Positions 29,389 through 38,188 are shown, counted from the first letter of the stretch. The stretch is 49,164 nucleotides of DNA from an uncultured Clostridium sp. (GCA_958442925.1 CAUCIO010000001.1:1-49164); one strand, 5' to 3'. Notes: generated from the sequence alone by a model not told the origin. Numbers and translations are program-made.

Positions 29389-30390
29389 TTACCAGGCGTA
29401 GGCTTCCGGAGCCTCTCCGCCCGGTCCGGGAAAGATGCGATCCAGTTCTTTCAGCACATCGTCTGACAATTTAATTTCAGCGGCATGGAGAGCAGATTCA
29501 AGCTGTCTGTCAGTTCTGGGACCGATAATAGGAGCTGTCACACCTGGATTGTGCAGAAGCCAGGCCAGGGCAACGTCAGCCTGTGATTCTCCAATATCAG
29601 TACAAAGAGATTCATACTGAAGCAACTGCTGTTTCTGCGCTTCTGAAAGATGCGCGGCAAATTCTTCGGCTCCCCGGCTGCCTGCATGGCAGTTCATCAT
29701 TGTGCCGCTGAGATAGCCGCCATGAAGCGGGCTCCATGGAAGAAATGCGATCCCCAGTTCTTTTGCAGCGGGAAGTACCTCCAGCTCAGGAAGGCGGTTT
29801 ACCAGATTATACTTGTCCTGCTCGCTGACCAGACCGAGAAAATTCCTTTTTTCTGCTTCGTACTGCGCTGTAACCAGGTGACGGGCGGCAAAGTTGCAGG
29901 AACCGGTATAAAGAATTTTTCCCTGGTTTGTCAGCCGCTCAAAGGCAGGCCATATTTCTGCCCAGGGGGCATGGCGCTCAATATGGTGCATCTGGTAGAT
30001 GTCAATGTGATCCGTCTGAAGCCGCTTTAAAGAACCGTCGATGTGGCGGCTTATTTTGTAAGCTGAATTGCCGTCTCCATTCGGACCTTCGGCGGGATCT
30101 TTCATGTTGCAGTAGACTTTGGTAGCCAGTATGACCCGTTCTCTGCGCTGTCCGCCCTGAGCAAACCATCGTCCAAGGATTTCCTCCGTCCATCCGGTAT
30201 GGTTATTTTCGTGTGTTCCATGTAGACTTCCATAGATATTGGCTGTATCGATATAGTTGATTCCTGCATCGAGAGCCATATCCAGAATTCGAAATGCGTC
30301 TTTTTCTTCTGTTCTGGGACCAAAGTTCATAGTTCCCAGGCAGAGCCGGCTTATTTTCAGACCGGTTCGTCCAAGATATGTATATTTCAT
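29389..30390 (-). CDS. Aldo/keto reductase (YrpG/AKR12-like)
   Basis: LGTMNFG, DTANIY, ATK, YQMHH, WSPL.GG, C-terminal PGPGGEAPEAYAW. Confidence 0.92.
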   Translation of the reverse strand: MKYTYLGRTGLKISRLCLGTMNFGPRTEEKDAFRILDMALDAGINYIDTANIYGSLHGTHENNHTGWTEEILGRWFAQGGQRRERVILATKVYCNMKDPAEGPNGDGNSAYKISRHIDGSLKRLQTDHIDIYQMHHIERHAPWAEIWPAFERLTNQGKILYTGSCNFAARHLVTAQYEAEKRNFLGLVSEQDKYNLVNRLPELEVLPAAKELGIAFLPWSPLHGGYLSGTMMNCHAGSRGAEEFAAHLSEAQKQQLLQYESLCTDIGESQADVALAWLLHNPGVTAPIIGPRTDRQLESALHAAEIKLSDDVLKELDRIFPGPGGEAPEAYAW

Positions 30391-30429
30391 ATAGGCAGTC
30401 CTCCGTAAAAATAGCTTTTATTGACTGGA

Positions 30430-31272
30430 TTACCACTGGCCTGCAGAGCCGAAAAGAATCATATATTCCTCTAATTTATCTCCGTATCCCTGCATTCCGG
30501 CAGTCAGCATTTTCCCATAAACACCGCGCTGATGAGGGTCGTGATCTGAAAGAAAATCAATGATATTTCCTTTGGCAGCATCGCTTAGATCAGTTCCGAT
30601 ATTTACTTTACTAATACCGTGCCGTACTGCTTTTTTCAGGTTTTCTTCTCCTGTGGAGGAACCGCCGTGAAGCACAAGGGGAACGGAGGTAACAGATCGA
30701 ATGGCATCCAGCCGCTCAAAGTCAATTTTGGGAGTGCCTTTATAGTGTCCATGGGCAGTTCCGATGGCGATTGCCAGGCAGTCGGCGCCGGTAGCATGAA
30801 TAAATTTTTCTACATCTTCAGGTTTGGTAAAGGAATCTATATTTTCCCCATCATTTTTCTGTCCAAACCCTACGCATCCCAGTTCAGCTTCTACAGATAC
30901 GCCGACAATATGAGCGGCATGCACTACTTCTTTTGTTTCTCTTACATTTTCTTCAAAGGGAGCAGACGATTTATCCAGCATGACAGATGTAAATCCAGCG
31001 CGTATGGCTCTCATTGCCTGATCGAAATCATCGCCGTGATCCAGATTCAGGGCAACGGGGACTTCAGGGTTTCTTCGGCTGTAAAATTTAGCGGCTTCAG
31101 CCAGAAATTCAAAATCAAGAGGGCCTCCTGCATTCAGGATTACAGGTGAATGGACTTTTACAGCTCTGCTGAAAGCAGTTTCGATAGTAAGAGCGTTAAA
31201 TACGCTGGGGGCAGGGACACAGTATCCCTTTTTCGTAGCTTCATCAAGCATGGTTTTCATATCTATCAGCAT
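30430..31272 (-). CDS. Class II (Zn) ketose-phosphate aldolase
   Basis: LDHG, GFTSVM.D, EAELG, GTAHG, VLHGGSS, KVNIGT. Confidence 0.92.
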   Translation of the reverse strand: MLIDMKTMLDEATKKGYCVPAPSVFNALTIETAFSRAVKVHSPVILNAGGPLDFEFLAEAAKFYSRRNPEVPVALNLDHGDDFDQAMRAIRAGFTSVMLDKSSAPFEENVRETKEVVHAAHIVGVSVEAELGCVGFGQKNDGENIDSFTKPEDVEKFIHATGADCLAIAIGTAHGHYKGTPKIDFERLDAIRSVTSVPLVLHGGSSTGEENLKKAVRHGISKVNIGTDLSDAAKGNIIDFLSDHDPHQRGVYGKMLTAGMQGYGDKLEEYMILFGSAGQW

Positions 31273-31338
31273 TTTTATCCTCCTATTTTTAATAATATTA
31301 TGGCAAGTTAAATATAGTGAGCAGGACGTTCAGTCTGG

Positions 31339-32175
31339 TTATAAAATGCCAAGCGAACCTAAAACGACTCCAATAACCAGAAGACCGATTAATACATGCA
31401 TGTATTTATTTCCCTTACGTTCCAGATACAAGTAAGATAGAACGACCGCTGTCAAAGGGAGAATACCAGGAGCGATCATATCGAAATACTCCTGAATTTT
31501 ATAAACATCGTTTCCTATTGTCAGGGTTAGAGGAGTAGAGGCTCGTACAAAGTTTGCACAAATCGCTCCCATCATGAACATTCCCATAATGGAACAGCCT
31601 TCAATAATTTTCTTTATGCGGCTTCCCTTTAAAAGGGTGGCAATGGAATTTCGCCCTTGGTAGTATCCAAGCTGGAACAGCATGTAACCGATTGTGGTAC
31701 AGATGAGGGCAAAAATAATAGGTTCTGCCATAGCTGCCAGGAAATTTCCCTCTTTGGCAGCAGGGAGAAACATGGAAACAAGGATAGGAGAGATGGTAAG
31801 CCAGTCAATGGTATCTCCAATTCCAGCCACAGGCCCCATTAATCCTGTTTTTAGTCCGGTGATCATTTCCTCAGGCACAGCGTCGTCATTTTGCGCTTTG
31901 GCTTCTTCGAGAGCAACTGTACTTCCCATGATGATGCTGGCCCAGTTTACATTGCAATTAAAAAGTACCATATGGCGCTTTAAGGCCTGTGCGAGCCGCT
32001 CTTTGTCTGTGTAAAGCTTTTCCAACGTGCGGCTGATAGCTACACAGAATCCGCCGCCCTGAAGCCGGTCAGTACTTTGGGCCACATGGCCGAACATATT
32101 GTAGCGGAACCAGGCAAAAAACAAGTCGCGTTTTGACAAAATCCTATCAGTCTTATTATCAGGCTGTTTGCTCAT
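31339..32175 (-). CDS. PTS mannose/fructose/sorbose family EIID
   Basis: RH...FN, KTGLMGPVAGIGDT. Confidence 0.93.
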   Translation of the reverse strand: MSKQPDNKTDRILSKRDLFFAWFRYNMFGHVAQSTDRLQGGGFCVAISRTLEKLYTDKERLAQALKRHMVLFNCNVNWASIIMGSTVALEEAKAQNDDAVPEEMITGLKTGLMGPVAGIGDTIDWLTISPILVSMFLPAAKEGNFLAAMAEPIIFALICTTIGYMLFQLGYYQGRNSIATLLKGSRIKKIIEGCSIMGMFMMGAICANFVRASTPLTLTIGNDVYKIQEYFDMIAPGILPLTAVVLSYLYLERKGNKYMHVLIGLLVIGVVLGSLGIL

Positions 32176-32914
32176 TTGTCTTTCCTCCTTTCAGCTGAAT
32201 ATAGATGATGGACGCGATAACAGCAAAGATAGCGCATCCAATAGATGGAAGCTGAAAATATTTTACCAGGAAGAATCCCAGGAAAAAGAATGGCAGATAA
32301 TTTTTTCTTCCAATGACACGGACAGTCATGGCAAAGCCAAGGGCAGGCATCAGACCTCCGGCTACTGTAAGACCAGTTACCAGACGTTCCGGGATTGCGT
32401 TTACAACAGAGGTAACTGCAGACGGACCGAAATAATTGATCAGAGTAACGGGAATAATACCAAAAATACTCCAGAATCCGGCGGCATATCCCAAATGAAT
32501 TCGTCGGAGCTTGGCAGCGTTTCCTTCTTCAGCAGCTTTGTCGCATCGGCTGGCGGCAAAGGATGAAAAAACCTTGGAGAGGTTAATCGTGAGAGTACCT
32601 AAAAGCCCAAAGGGAATCGCCATGCTGACGGCAAGCTCCGGGCTCATACCGGAAGCTACAGCTAAGGGAATAATGATACAACTGCCAAGGCTTTTATCTA
32701 CAGTGGCTACGCCGCCTAAACCAGTGATAAGACCTAAATAAACAGTCTGGACATATGCGCCGACAATGACGGCTGAGGTTACATCTCCCATAATAAATCC
32801 GATGATAACGGAGAGAAACATGGGTGTGCAGCTGGCTTCCAGCCAAGAGGTATAGAACGGATTCCATCTGCAGAAAAAATACAGAATACCAATTAATAAA
32901 GATTGCAGAAACAT
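32159..32914 (-). CDS. PTS mannose/fructose/sorbose family EIIC
   Basis: IGFIMGD, GL.VAGGLMPALGFAM, FFFLGF. Confidence 0.92.
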   Translation of the reverse strand: MFLQSLLIGILYFFCRWNPFYTSWLEASCTPMFLSVIIGFIMGDVTSAVIVGAYVQTVYLGLITGLGGVATVDKSLGSCIIIPLAVASGMSPELAVSMAIPFGLLGTLTINLSKVFSSFAASRCDKAAEEGNAAKLRRIHLGYAAGFWSIFGIIPVTLINYFGPSAVTSVVNAIPERLVTGLTVAGGLMPALGFAMTVRVIGRKNYLPFFFLGFFLVKYFQLPSIGCAIFAVIASIIYIQLKGGKTNEQTA

Positions 32915-32932
32915 CTGCCGCCCTCCTTTCGT

Positions 32933-33409
32933 TTATGCCCAGGTCTCTACATCAATCTTTTTTTCAGTAGGAACGGATTGCGCATATACCATTACTCCTC
33001 CTCTGCGCATTTCCAGAAGTTCCGGCATGTGTTCTTCGCTGAGACGGCTGGAGCGGTGAAGGATTTTTGTCTTTTTCTGAGGCGTTAAGTTGCCAATCTG
33101 CAGGCTCTCCATGGGAAATCCCTGCTTCCAAAGGCGGTATGCGGTCGTTACGTCTTTAATTAGAACAAGCAGTTTTGCATCTGGCATCTGTTCGTTTTTA
33201 TACTGGCTGACAGCGTCATCCACCGAGTGAATCGTTACTCCGAGGGAGTCGGGAACAGCCATTAAATACACGTCTTTCATGAATGGATCGGAAGCTACCT
33301 GATCATCTACCACATAGATGTGATTGATTCCTCCTGTTTTAGACCACATAGTCATTACCTGTCCGTGAATGAGACGGCTGTCTACTCTTGATAAAATAAT
33401 TTCATTCAT
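32933..33409 (-). CDS. PTS mannose/sorbose family EIIB
   Basis: RVDSRLIHGQV...W with the phosphorylatable His. Confidence 0.93.
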   Translation of the reverse strand: MNEIILSRVDSRLIHGQVMTMWSKTGGINHIYVVDDQVASDPFMKDVYLMAVPDSLGVTIHSVDDAVSQYKNEQMPDAKLLVLIKDVTTAYRLWKQGFPMESLQIGNLTPQKKTKILHRSSRLSEEHMPELLEMRRGGVMVYAQSVPTEKKIDVETWA

Positions 33410-33427
33410 AATGGTCTCCTTTCTCTA

Positions 33428-34462
33428 TTAAGGCATCAAAGAAACGCGGTAATTGCCAGGCGTTTCAGCTAATTCAAAGGCTTTTTCGTAATCCTCAAGG
33501 GGAACGCGATGAGAAATCAGCTGTGCTGTTTTTACAGTTCCGTGGTTCAGATACTGGCTGGCCAGACAGTAATCTCCCACATTCGCGCCTCCTGTGCCGA
33601 TGAGATGCCAGTTTCCATAGTGAATCTTATTTACGTCAAGATCTAAGGATGGGGACGGATATCCGGCTGCAAAGAATAAAATTTTTCCTCCGCGTCTGAC
33701 CTGTGAAAATGCCTGATCTACTGCAGGCTGATTTCCTACCGCCATAACCACATGATCTACCCCCTGATGGAAACTGAAGCGATCAGCAAAAGCTGTAATA
33801 TCTTCTTTTGCAGGATTGACAACATCGAATCCCAGAGAAGAGGCGACTTCAATTCTGTTTTCATTTACTTCGCTGATAAATACCCGGCATCCGAAGGCGC
33901 GGGCTACCTGGGCGTTCAGCATTCCCATATTACCGGCGCCAATCACAAGCATGGTATCATCCGGCTGAACATTCATTTTACGGATACCATGTACTGCTGT
34001 TGCCAGAGGTTCTAAATAGGAAGCTTCTTCAAAAGGAAGGGAATCCTCCATTTTAAACACCTGATGCTTAAACAGAAGCATATACTCAGCCATTCCAAAT
34101 CCTCCGGTTACGCCGGGAAGAGGATGGATTTCAGATGTATTTTTGCAGTTTTTTGTGTTTCCTGAGCGGCAGTCAGAACAGTATCCGCATCCTGTAAAAC
34201 CAACAGATACGTGATCTCCCGGTTTATATCCTTCCACTTCCGGCCCTACCATTTCAATAATTCCAGAAGCTTCATGGCCGGGAGCGTAAGGGAAGTGCTT
34301 GCTTCGTTCCCCCCTCATACCGTTCCAGTTCTGCCAGTCTGTTGTACAGATATTACAGCTTTTTACACGGATCAAAATCTGGCCTGCTTCCGGAACAGGA
34401 AGGGTATGTGTGCGAAGTTCCAGTTGTTTTACTCCATTCATTACAAGTGTTTTATATTCCAT
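33428..34462 (-). CDS. Zn-dependent (MDR) sugar/polyol-phosphate dehydrogenase
   Basis: ICTTD, GHE, CGYCSDC..C, EP, GAGNMG; acidic residue in ISEVN suggests NAD preference. Confidence 0.9.
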   Translation of the reverse strand: MEYKTLVMNGVKQLELRTHTLPVPEAGQILIRVKSCNICTTDWQNWNGMRGERSKHFPYAPGHEASGIIEMVGPEVEGYKPGDHVSVGFTGCGYCSDCRSGNTKNCKNTSEIHPLPGVTGGFGMAEYMLLFKHQVFKMEDSLPFEEASYLEPLATAVHGIRKMNVQPDDTMLVIGAGNMGMLNAQVARAFGCRVFISEVNENRIEVASSLGFDVVNPAKEDITAFADRFSFHQGVDHVVMAVGNQPAVDQAFSQVRRGGKILFFAAGYPSPSLDLDVNKIHYGNWHLIGTGGANVGDYCLASQYLNHGTVKTAQLISHRVPLEDYEKAFELAETPGNYRVSLMP

Positions 34463-34474
34463 GAAAATCCTCCT

Positions 34475-34885
34475 CTACAATTTAATTTGCTGAATGCTGT
34501 TTCCTGCTTCTTTTAAAACAGCCTGAACCAGTTCTTCCCCCTGTTTTTCCTGTCTGTTGATCGCGCAGCTGATAAGGATGCTGAGGTTCAAACCTGCAAT
34601 AGCGGGAATTTTTTTCTGTTTGGAGAAAAGAGCTACCGTATTACTTGGAGTTCCTCCTAACAGATCGACCAGAACGATATCGTTTTCATTTAACTGTGTC
34701 AGACGCGAAAATACTTTTTCCTGATAGGCAGTGACAGATATATCGCTTGTCAGAGGTATAAATTCTGTATTTTCCATTTTTCCGATTACAAGTTCAGCGC
34801 TTTTAATCAGTTCACTGCCAAAAAATCCATGGGTAAGGACTAAAATTTTAGGAAATGTCTGCTCTTGCTTCACTTCATTCTTGAT
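34475..34885 (-). CDS. PTS mannose family EIIA
   Basis: ILVLTHG, DLLGGTPSN, AGLNL. Start uncertain: ATC 34885 is best spaced from the RBS; GTG 34894 and GTG 34873 are alternatives. Confidence 0.88.
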   Translation of the reverse strand: MKNEVKQEQTFPKILVLTHGFFGSELIKSAELVIGKMENTEFIPLTSDISVTAYQEKVFSRLTQLNENDIVLVDLLGGTPSNTVALFSKQKKIPAIAGLNLSILISCAINRQEKQGEELVQAVLKEAGNSIQQIKL

Positions 34886-34980
34886 AAAAACCACTCCCTC
34901 CAAAAAATAAGTTAGATTGCCTGATAGCGTATCAGACATACGGCCTGCCTTTTGCATATATGCTTTTGTCTATAAATAAA

Positions 34981-34997
34981 AGCATAAAGGATGCCAT
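34981..34997 (-). promoter_or_regulatory. sigma54 (-24/-12) promoter of the PTS operon
   Basis: Minus strand ATGGCATCCTTTATGCT = GG-N10-GC; the operon ends in a GAFTGA activator gene. Confidence 0.82.
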
Positions 34998-35101
34998 AAA
35001 GATAAAAAAACAAATTTTTTACAAGTAATAATTGATATTTACAGGTTTTATTGCGAAAAATAACTGATATTTCAGAAAAATATAAGAAAAAAGGATGGTG
35101 C

Positions 35102-35131
35102 TTCGACACTGCTTTGCCATATTTCGACACT
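35102..35131. repeat. Tandem TTCGACACT repeat (two TGTCGAA boxes on the minus strand)
   Basis: Exact 9-mers at 35102-35110 and 35123-35131, 21 bp apart. Confidence 0.6.
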
Positions 35132-35159
35132 AATAACCGGTTCCTCTGTGATAAAATCA

Positions 35160-35188
35160 CAGACAGAACCGTCTTCTCTCTGTATAAT
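35160..35188 (+). promoter_or_regulatory. sigmaA promoter of trxA
   Basis: CAGACA-N17-TATAAT. Confidence 0.55.
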
Positions 35189-35267
35189 AAAATCAAACTT
35201 AAGAAAAGATAATTCATAAGTCCTGGAGACAGAGAAAAAGGGCCTGTCAAGGCGGAAAGGAATAAAT

Positions 35268-35588
35268 ATGGAGAAAATTTTAACAATGGAAAACTTTGAG
35301 ACAGAGCTTGCGGGAATGCAAAATGGAAAGGCTATGCTGGTAGATTTCTGGGCCCCCTGGTGCGCACCCTGCAGAATGCAGCTTCCTATTGTGAAACAGA
35401 TGGCGGAGGACGGATATCAGGTGGGAACGGTAAACGTCAGCGAGCAGATGAATCTGTCAAGGCGCTTAGGCGTTATGAATATTCCGACTCTGGTGGTATT
35501 TAAGGATGGAAAGGAATATCAGAGATTTGTGGGGTTTCAGTCCCGCGAGACCCTGGAAAGCGCTGTAAAGCGGGCAGATGAAGCCTAG
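35268..35588 (+). CDS. trxA: Thioredoxin
   Basis: VDFWAPWCAPC, IPTL..FKDG. Confidence 0.93.
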   Translation: MEKILTMENFETELAGMQNGKAMLVDFWAPWCAPCRMQLPIVKQMAEDGYQVGTVNVSEQMNLSRRLGVMNIPTLVVFKDGKEYQRFVGFQSRETLESAVKRADEA

Positions 35589-35598
35589 AATAAGAGTA

Positions 35599-35660
35599 AA
35601 AGCTTCAGCAGGAGGAGTGAGCCGAAGGATAAAAGGCCCGTTTCTCCTGCTGAAGCTTTC
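35599..35660. terminator. Bidirectional terminator
   Basis: 16-bp arms AAAGCTTCAGCAGGAG / CTCCTGCTGAAGCTTT. Confidence 0.75.
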
Positions 35661-35692
35661 GTCAGGACGAAAATAGAATAGATAATCCGAAA

Positions 35693-36220
35693 CTACTCCT
35701 CTACCCGATCCAGGGATTTCCAGCCAAACCGGAAAATAGAGACGATCATGGAAAACTCCGTGACGACCTCGTCAAGGATGCCGGCCAGAGAACCGGACAT
35801 GGCGTTATAGGTAATCCAGAGAGGCGAATTGATAAGCATTCCGGCCAGCCTGATTTTCTGCGGATTGTGGGAATATCCTGCAATAGTGGATGCAATATTT
35901 GCCGCTACCGGGAGAATGGAGATCCAGCCGGACCAGGTGAGAACCAGGGTTATAATCTGAAGAAAGCAGATGATGGCACACATGCCCCAGCTCTTGGCAA
36001 ATTTCCATTTTCCGCCCAGGCAGAAGGAGCGGAAGGTATTGATAATGTAGCTGATTCCGCCTGTCATTGCTCCCAGGAGAATCAGGTGAATCGTATAGAT
36101 GAAGTAAGATAAAAACTGGATACGGAACAGATTTCGGTTGCTTTTGCACTGGTAGGAAAAAAAGAACAGTAAGGTTCCGGCGAATCCAATACACTGGATC
36201 ACAAAATATCGCGTGGTCAT
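35693..36220 (-). CDS. YgjV family inner membrane protein
   Basis: Hydrophobic; Q.IG, SYQ, H.ILLGA.TG, W..YN...GS.AG...E pattern; ATG 36220 after GAAAGGA; promoter TTGCCT-N17-TATACT upstream. Confidence 0.75.
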   Translation of the reverse strand: MTTRYFVIQCIGFAGTLLFFFSYQCKSNRNLFRIQFLSYFIYTIHLILLGAMTGGISYIINTFRSFCLGGKWKFAKSWGMCAIICFLQIITLVLTWSGWISILPVAANIASTIAGYSHNPQKIRLAGMLINSPLWITYNAMSGSLAGILDEVVTEFSMIVSIFRFGWKSLDRVEE

Positions 36221-36460
36221 GCTGCTTGTTCCTTTCTCAGCAGCCATTACAACGCAGGCTGCTGCTGACTTAATCTGTATTCAGGCCGGAGAAGGCCCTG
36301 ATCCCAGTATACCAGCCATTGTCCCGGCAGGCAAGCCCGGAGAAGGCTTTAAAGCGGGATTTAAAGGGAAATAAGGGTGGAAATGAACAGCGCAATGTGC
36401 TAAACTGTCCATATTGTGAGTTATTGACGGACAGAAAAGTTAGTATGTAGGAGAAGGATT

Positions 36461-37399
36461 ATGAGAGAGACATCACTGGTAATTATGGCGGCCGGAATTG
36501 GAAGCCGCTTCGGCGGTGGAATTAAGCAGCTGGAACCGGTAGGACCTGGCGGAGAGATCATTATGGACTACTCCATTCACGATGCTTTAGAAGCTGGCTT
36601 CAACGATATTATCTTTATTATCAGGAAGGATCTGGAGCAGGATTTTAAGGAAATTATCGGAAAGAGGATTGAAAAGATTGCTCCTGTGTCCTATGCGTTT
36701 CAGGAACTTTCAGATCTGCCGGAGGGATGTTTTGTCCCGGAGGACAGAAAGAAACCCTGGGGAACCGGCCAGGCGGTGTTAAGCGCCAAAGATCTGATTA
36801 AAAATCCATTCCTGGTGATTAATGCAGACGATTATTATGGAAAAGAGGCCTTCCAGACTATTCACGACTACCTGGTTCACACCATGGATACAGAACGGGA
36901 GGGGGAGCCCTACGATATCTGCATGGCCGGATTTATCCTGGCTAATACGCTGAGTGAGAACGGAGGCGTTACAAGAGGCGTCTGCTGCGTGGGAGAAGAT
37001 GGGATTTTAAAGAGCGTGACAGAGACCTACCAGATTGAGAAAAAGGACGGAGGCCTGTCTGCGTTTGACAAGGAGGGAAATCCTGTGTCCGTATCAAGCG
37101 GACAGCATGTTTCCATGAACATGTGGGGTCTGACTCCATCCTTTGTGAAAGCTCTTGAGGAAGGATTTCCAGAGTTTTTAAAAGGACCGGGCGCGCAGGA
37201 TTTGAAGGCAGAATACCTGCTTCCCACAATTATTGACCAGATGATTCGGCAGGGACGGGCAAAGGTGACAGTTCTGGAGACAAAGGATAAATGGTTCGGC
37301 GTCACCTATAAGGAGGACAAGGAGACGGTAAGCCAGGCTATCCGGGAGCTCTGCCGTCAGGGCGTTTATAAAGACTGCCTTTTTGAGACAGGCAGGTAG
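36461..37399 (+). CDS. Sugar-phosphate nucleotidyltransferase family protein
   Basis: MAAGIGSRFGG.IKQ, KPWGTG, INADDYYG, SMNMWG. Confidence 0.88.
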   Translation: MRETSLVIMAAGIGSRFGGGIKQLEPVGPGGEIIMDYSIHDALEAGFNDIIFIIRKDLEQDFKEIIGKRIEKIAPVSYAFQELSDLPEGCFVPEDRKKPWGTGQAVLSAKDLIKNPFLVINADDYYGKEAFQTIHDYLVHTMDTEREGEPYDICMAGFILANTLSENGGVTRGVCCVGEDGILKSVTETYQIEKKDGGLSAFDKEGNPVSVSSGQHVSMNMWGLTPSFVKALEEGFPEFLKGPGAQDLKAEYLLPTIIDQMIRQGRAKVTVLETKDKWFGVTYKEDKETVSQAIRELCRQGVYKDCLFETGR

Positions 37400-37402
37400 G
37401 AA

Positions 37403-37429
37403 ACAGCGGAGAGGATCCTGCATATGATA
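37403..37429 (+). promoter_or_regulatory. Putative sigmaK promoter
   Basis: AC(37403-37404)-N16-CATATGATA matches AC-N16-18-CATAnnnTA. Confidence 0.55.
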
Positions 37430-37459
37430 TGGTATAACTTTGAGAAGGAGCCATATTGT

Positions 37460-38080
37460 ATGCAGGATTTTTTAGATGGTGATCCGGCTGCTTCCGGGCC
37501 GCCGGATACGGGACTTTCGGAAACAATCAGGGATTTTGAATATTTTTCCATGCTCTGTCCTGGAAAGCTGAGGGGAATCCAGACGGAAGTAAGGGCAGCC
37601 TGTGACCGGCTGGATTACAAGGGAAGCCCTATTTACGACGAGTATCCGGATCGCACAGCCATGGAACAGATCAGCAGGGAGATTGCCCGCCGGGTATCAG
37701 AGGGTTTATCAGAGCCGGGAGATTCAGCGCTTTATACGGCAGAGGTCCGTTTCTACAGCGGAACCGTCATTACAGGAAACCCGGCGCCTCAGGTGTGCGC
37801 CATGGAAGCAGGCTTTCCCCCAGGGGAGACAGAGGAGGAGAGGAACGGAGAGGCGGAACGACTACATATGGAAGGCCTGAATCATAGAAGAGAAGAAAAA
37901 GGGCCGGGTCCTGCCAGGCCGTGGGGGCCGCCTCCGCTGCCTCCAGGCGATCCGTGGGACCCCTGGCTGCCTCCAAATCATCCGGGAAGCCATAAAAATC
38001 CGGACTGGGGAGACATCGCAGCGCTTCTTCTGTTTTCGGAAATTCAGTGCAGAAGATGCCGAAACAGAGGACGCCGTTAA
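37460..38080 (+). CDS. Hypothetical protein, probably sporulation/spore-associated
   Basis: AAGGAG-N9-ATG at 37460; CDRLDYKGSPIYDEYPD block, Pro-rich segment, CRRCRNR tail. Confidence 0.7.
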   Translation: MQDFLDGDPAASGPPDTGLSETIRDFEYFSMLCPGKLRGIQTEVRAACDRLDYKGSPIYDEYPDRTAMEQISREIARRVSEGLSEPGDSALYTAEVRFYSGTVITGNPAPQVCAMEAGFPPGETEEERNGEAERLHMEGLNHRREEKGPGPARPWGPPPLPPGDPWDPWLPPNHPGSHKNPDWGDIAALLLFSEIQCRRCRNRGRR

Positions 38081-38092
38081 ATAGATTCTTTC

Positions 38093-38122
38093 TTGTTAGA
38101 ATTTAGGAGGATATGGTATAAT
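38093..38122 (+). promoter_or_regulatory. sigmaA promoter with extended -10
   Basis: TTGTTA-N18-TATAAT, reading TGGTATAAT. Confidence 0.55.
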
Positions 38123-38131
38123 TATAGGTAC

Positions 38132-38155
38132 CAGCGTCAGCGTACGCTGACGCTG
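38132..38155. repeat. Perfect 24-bp palindrome
   Basis: CAGCGTCAGCGTACGCTGACGCTG equals its own reverse complement. Confidence 0.9.
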
Positions 38156-38188
38156 ACCAGATGATTTCAATATTTGAGGATAAACAGC

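Noticed and set aside
36286..36347. CCGGAGAAGGC direct repeat flanking the YgjV-gene promoter
   Set aside because: Only two 11-bp copies with no supporting motif; may be chance.
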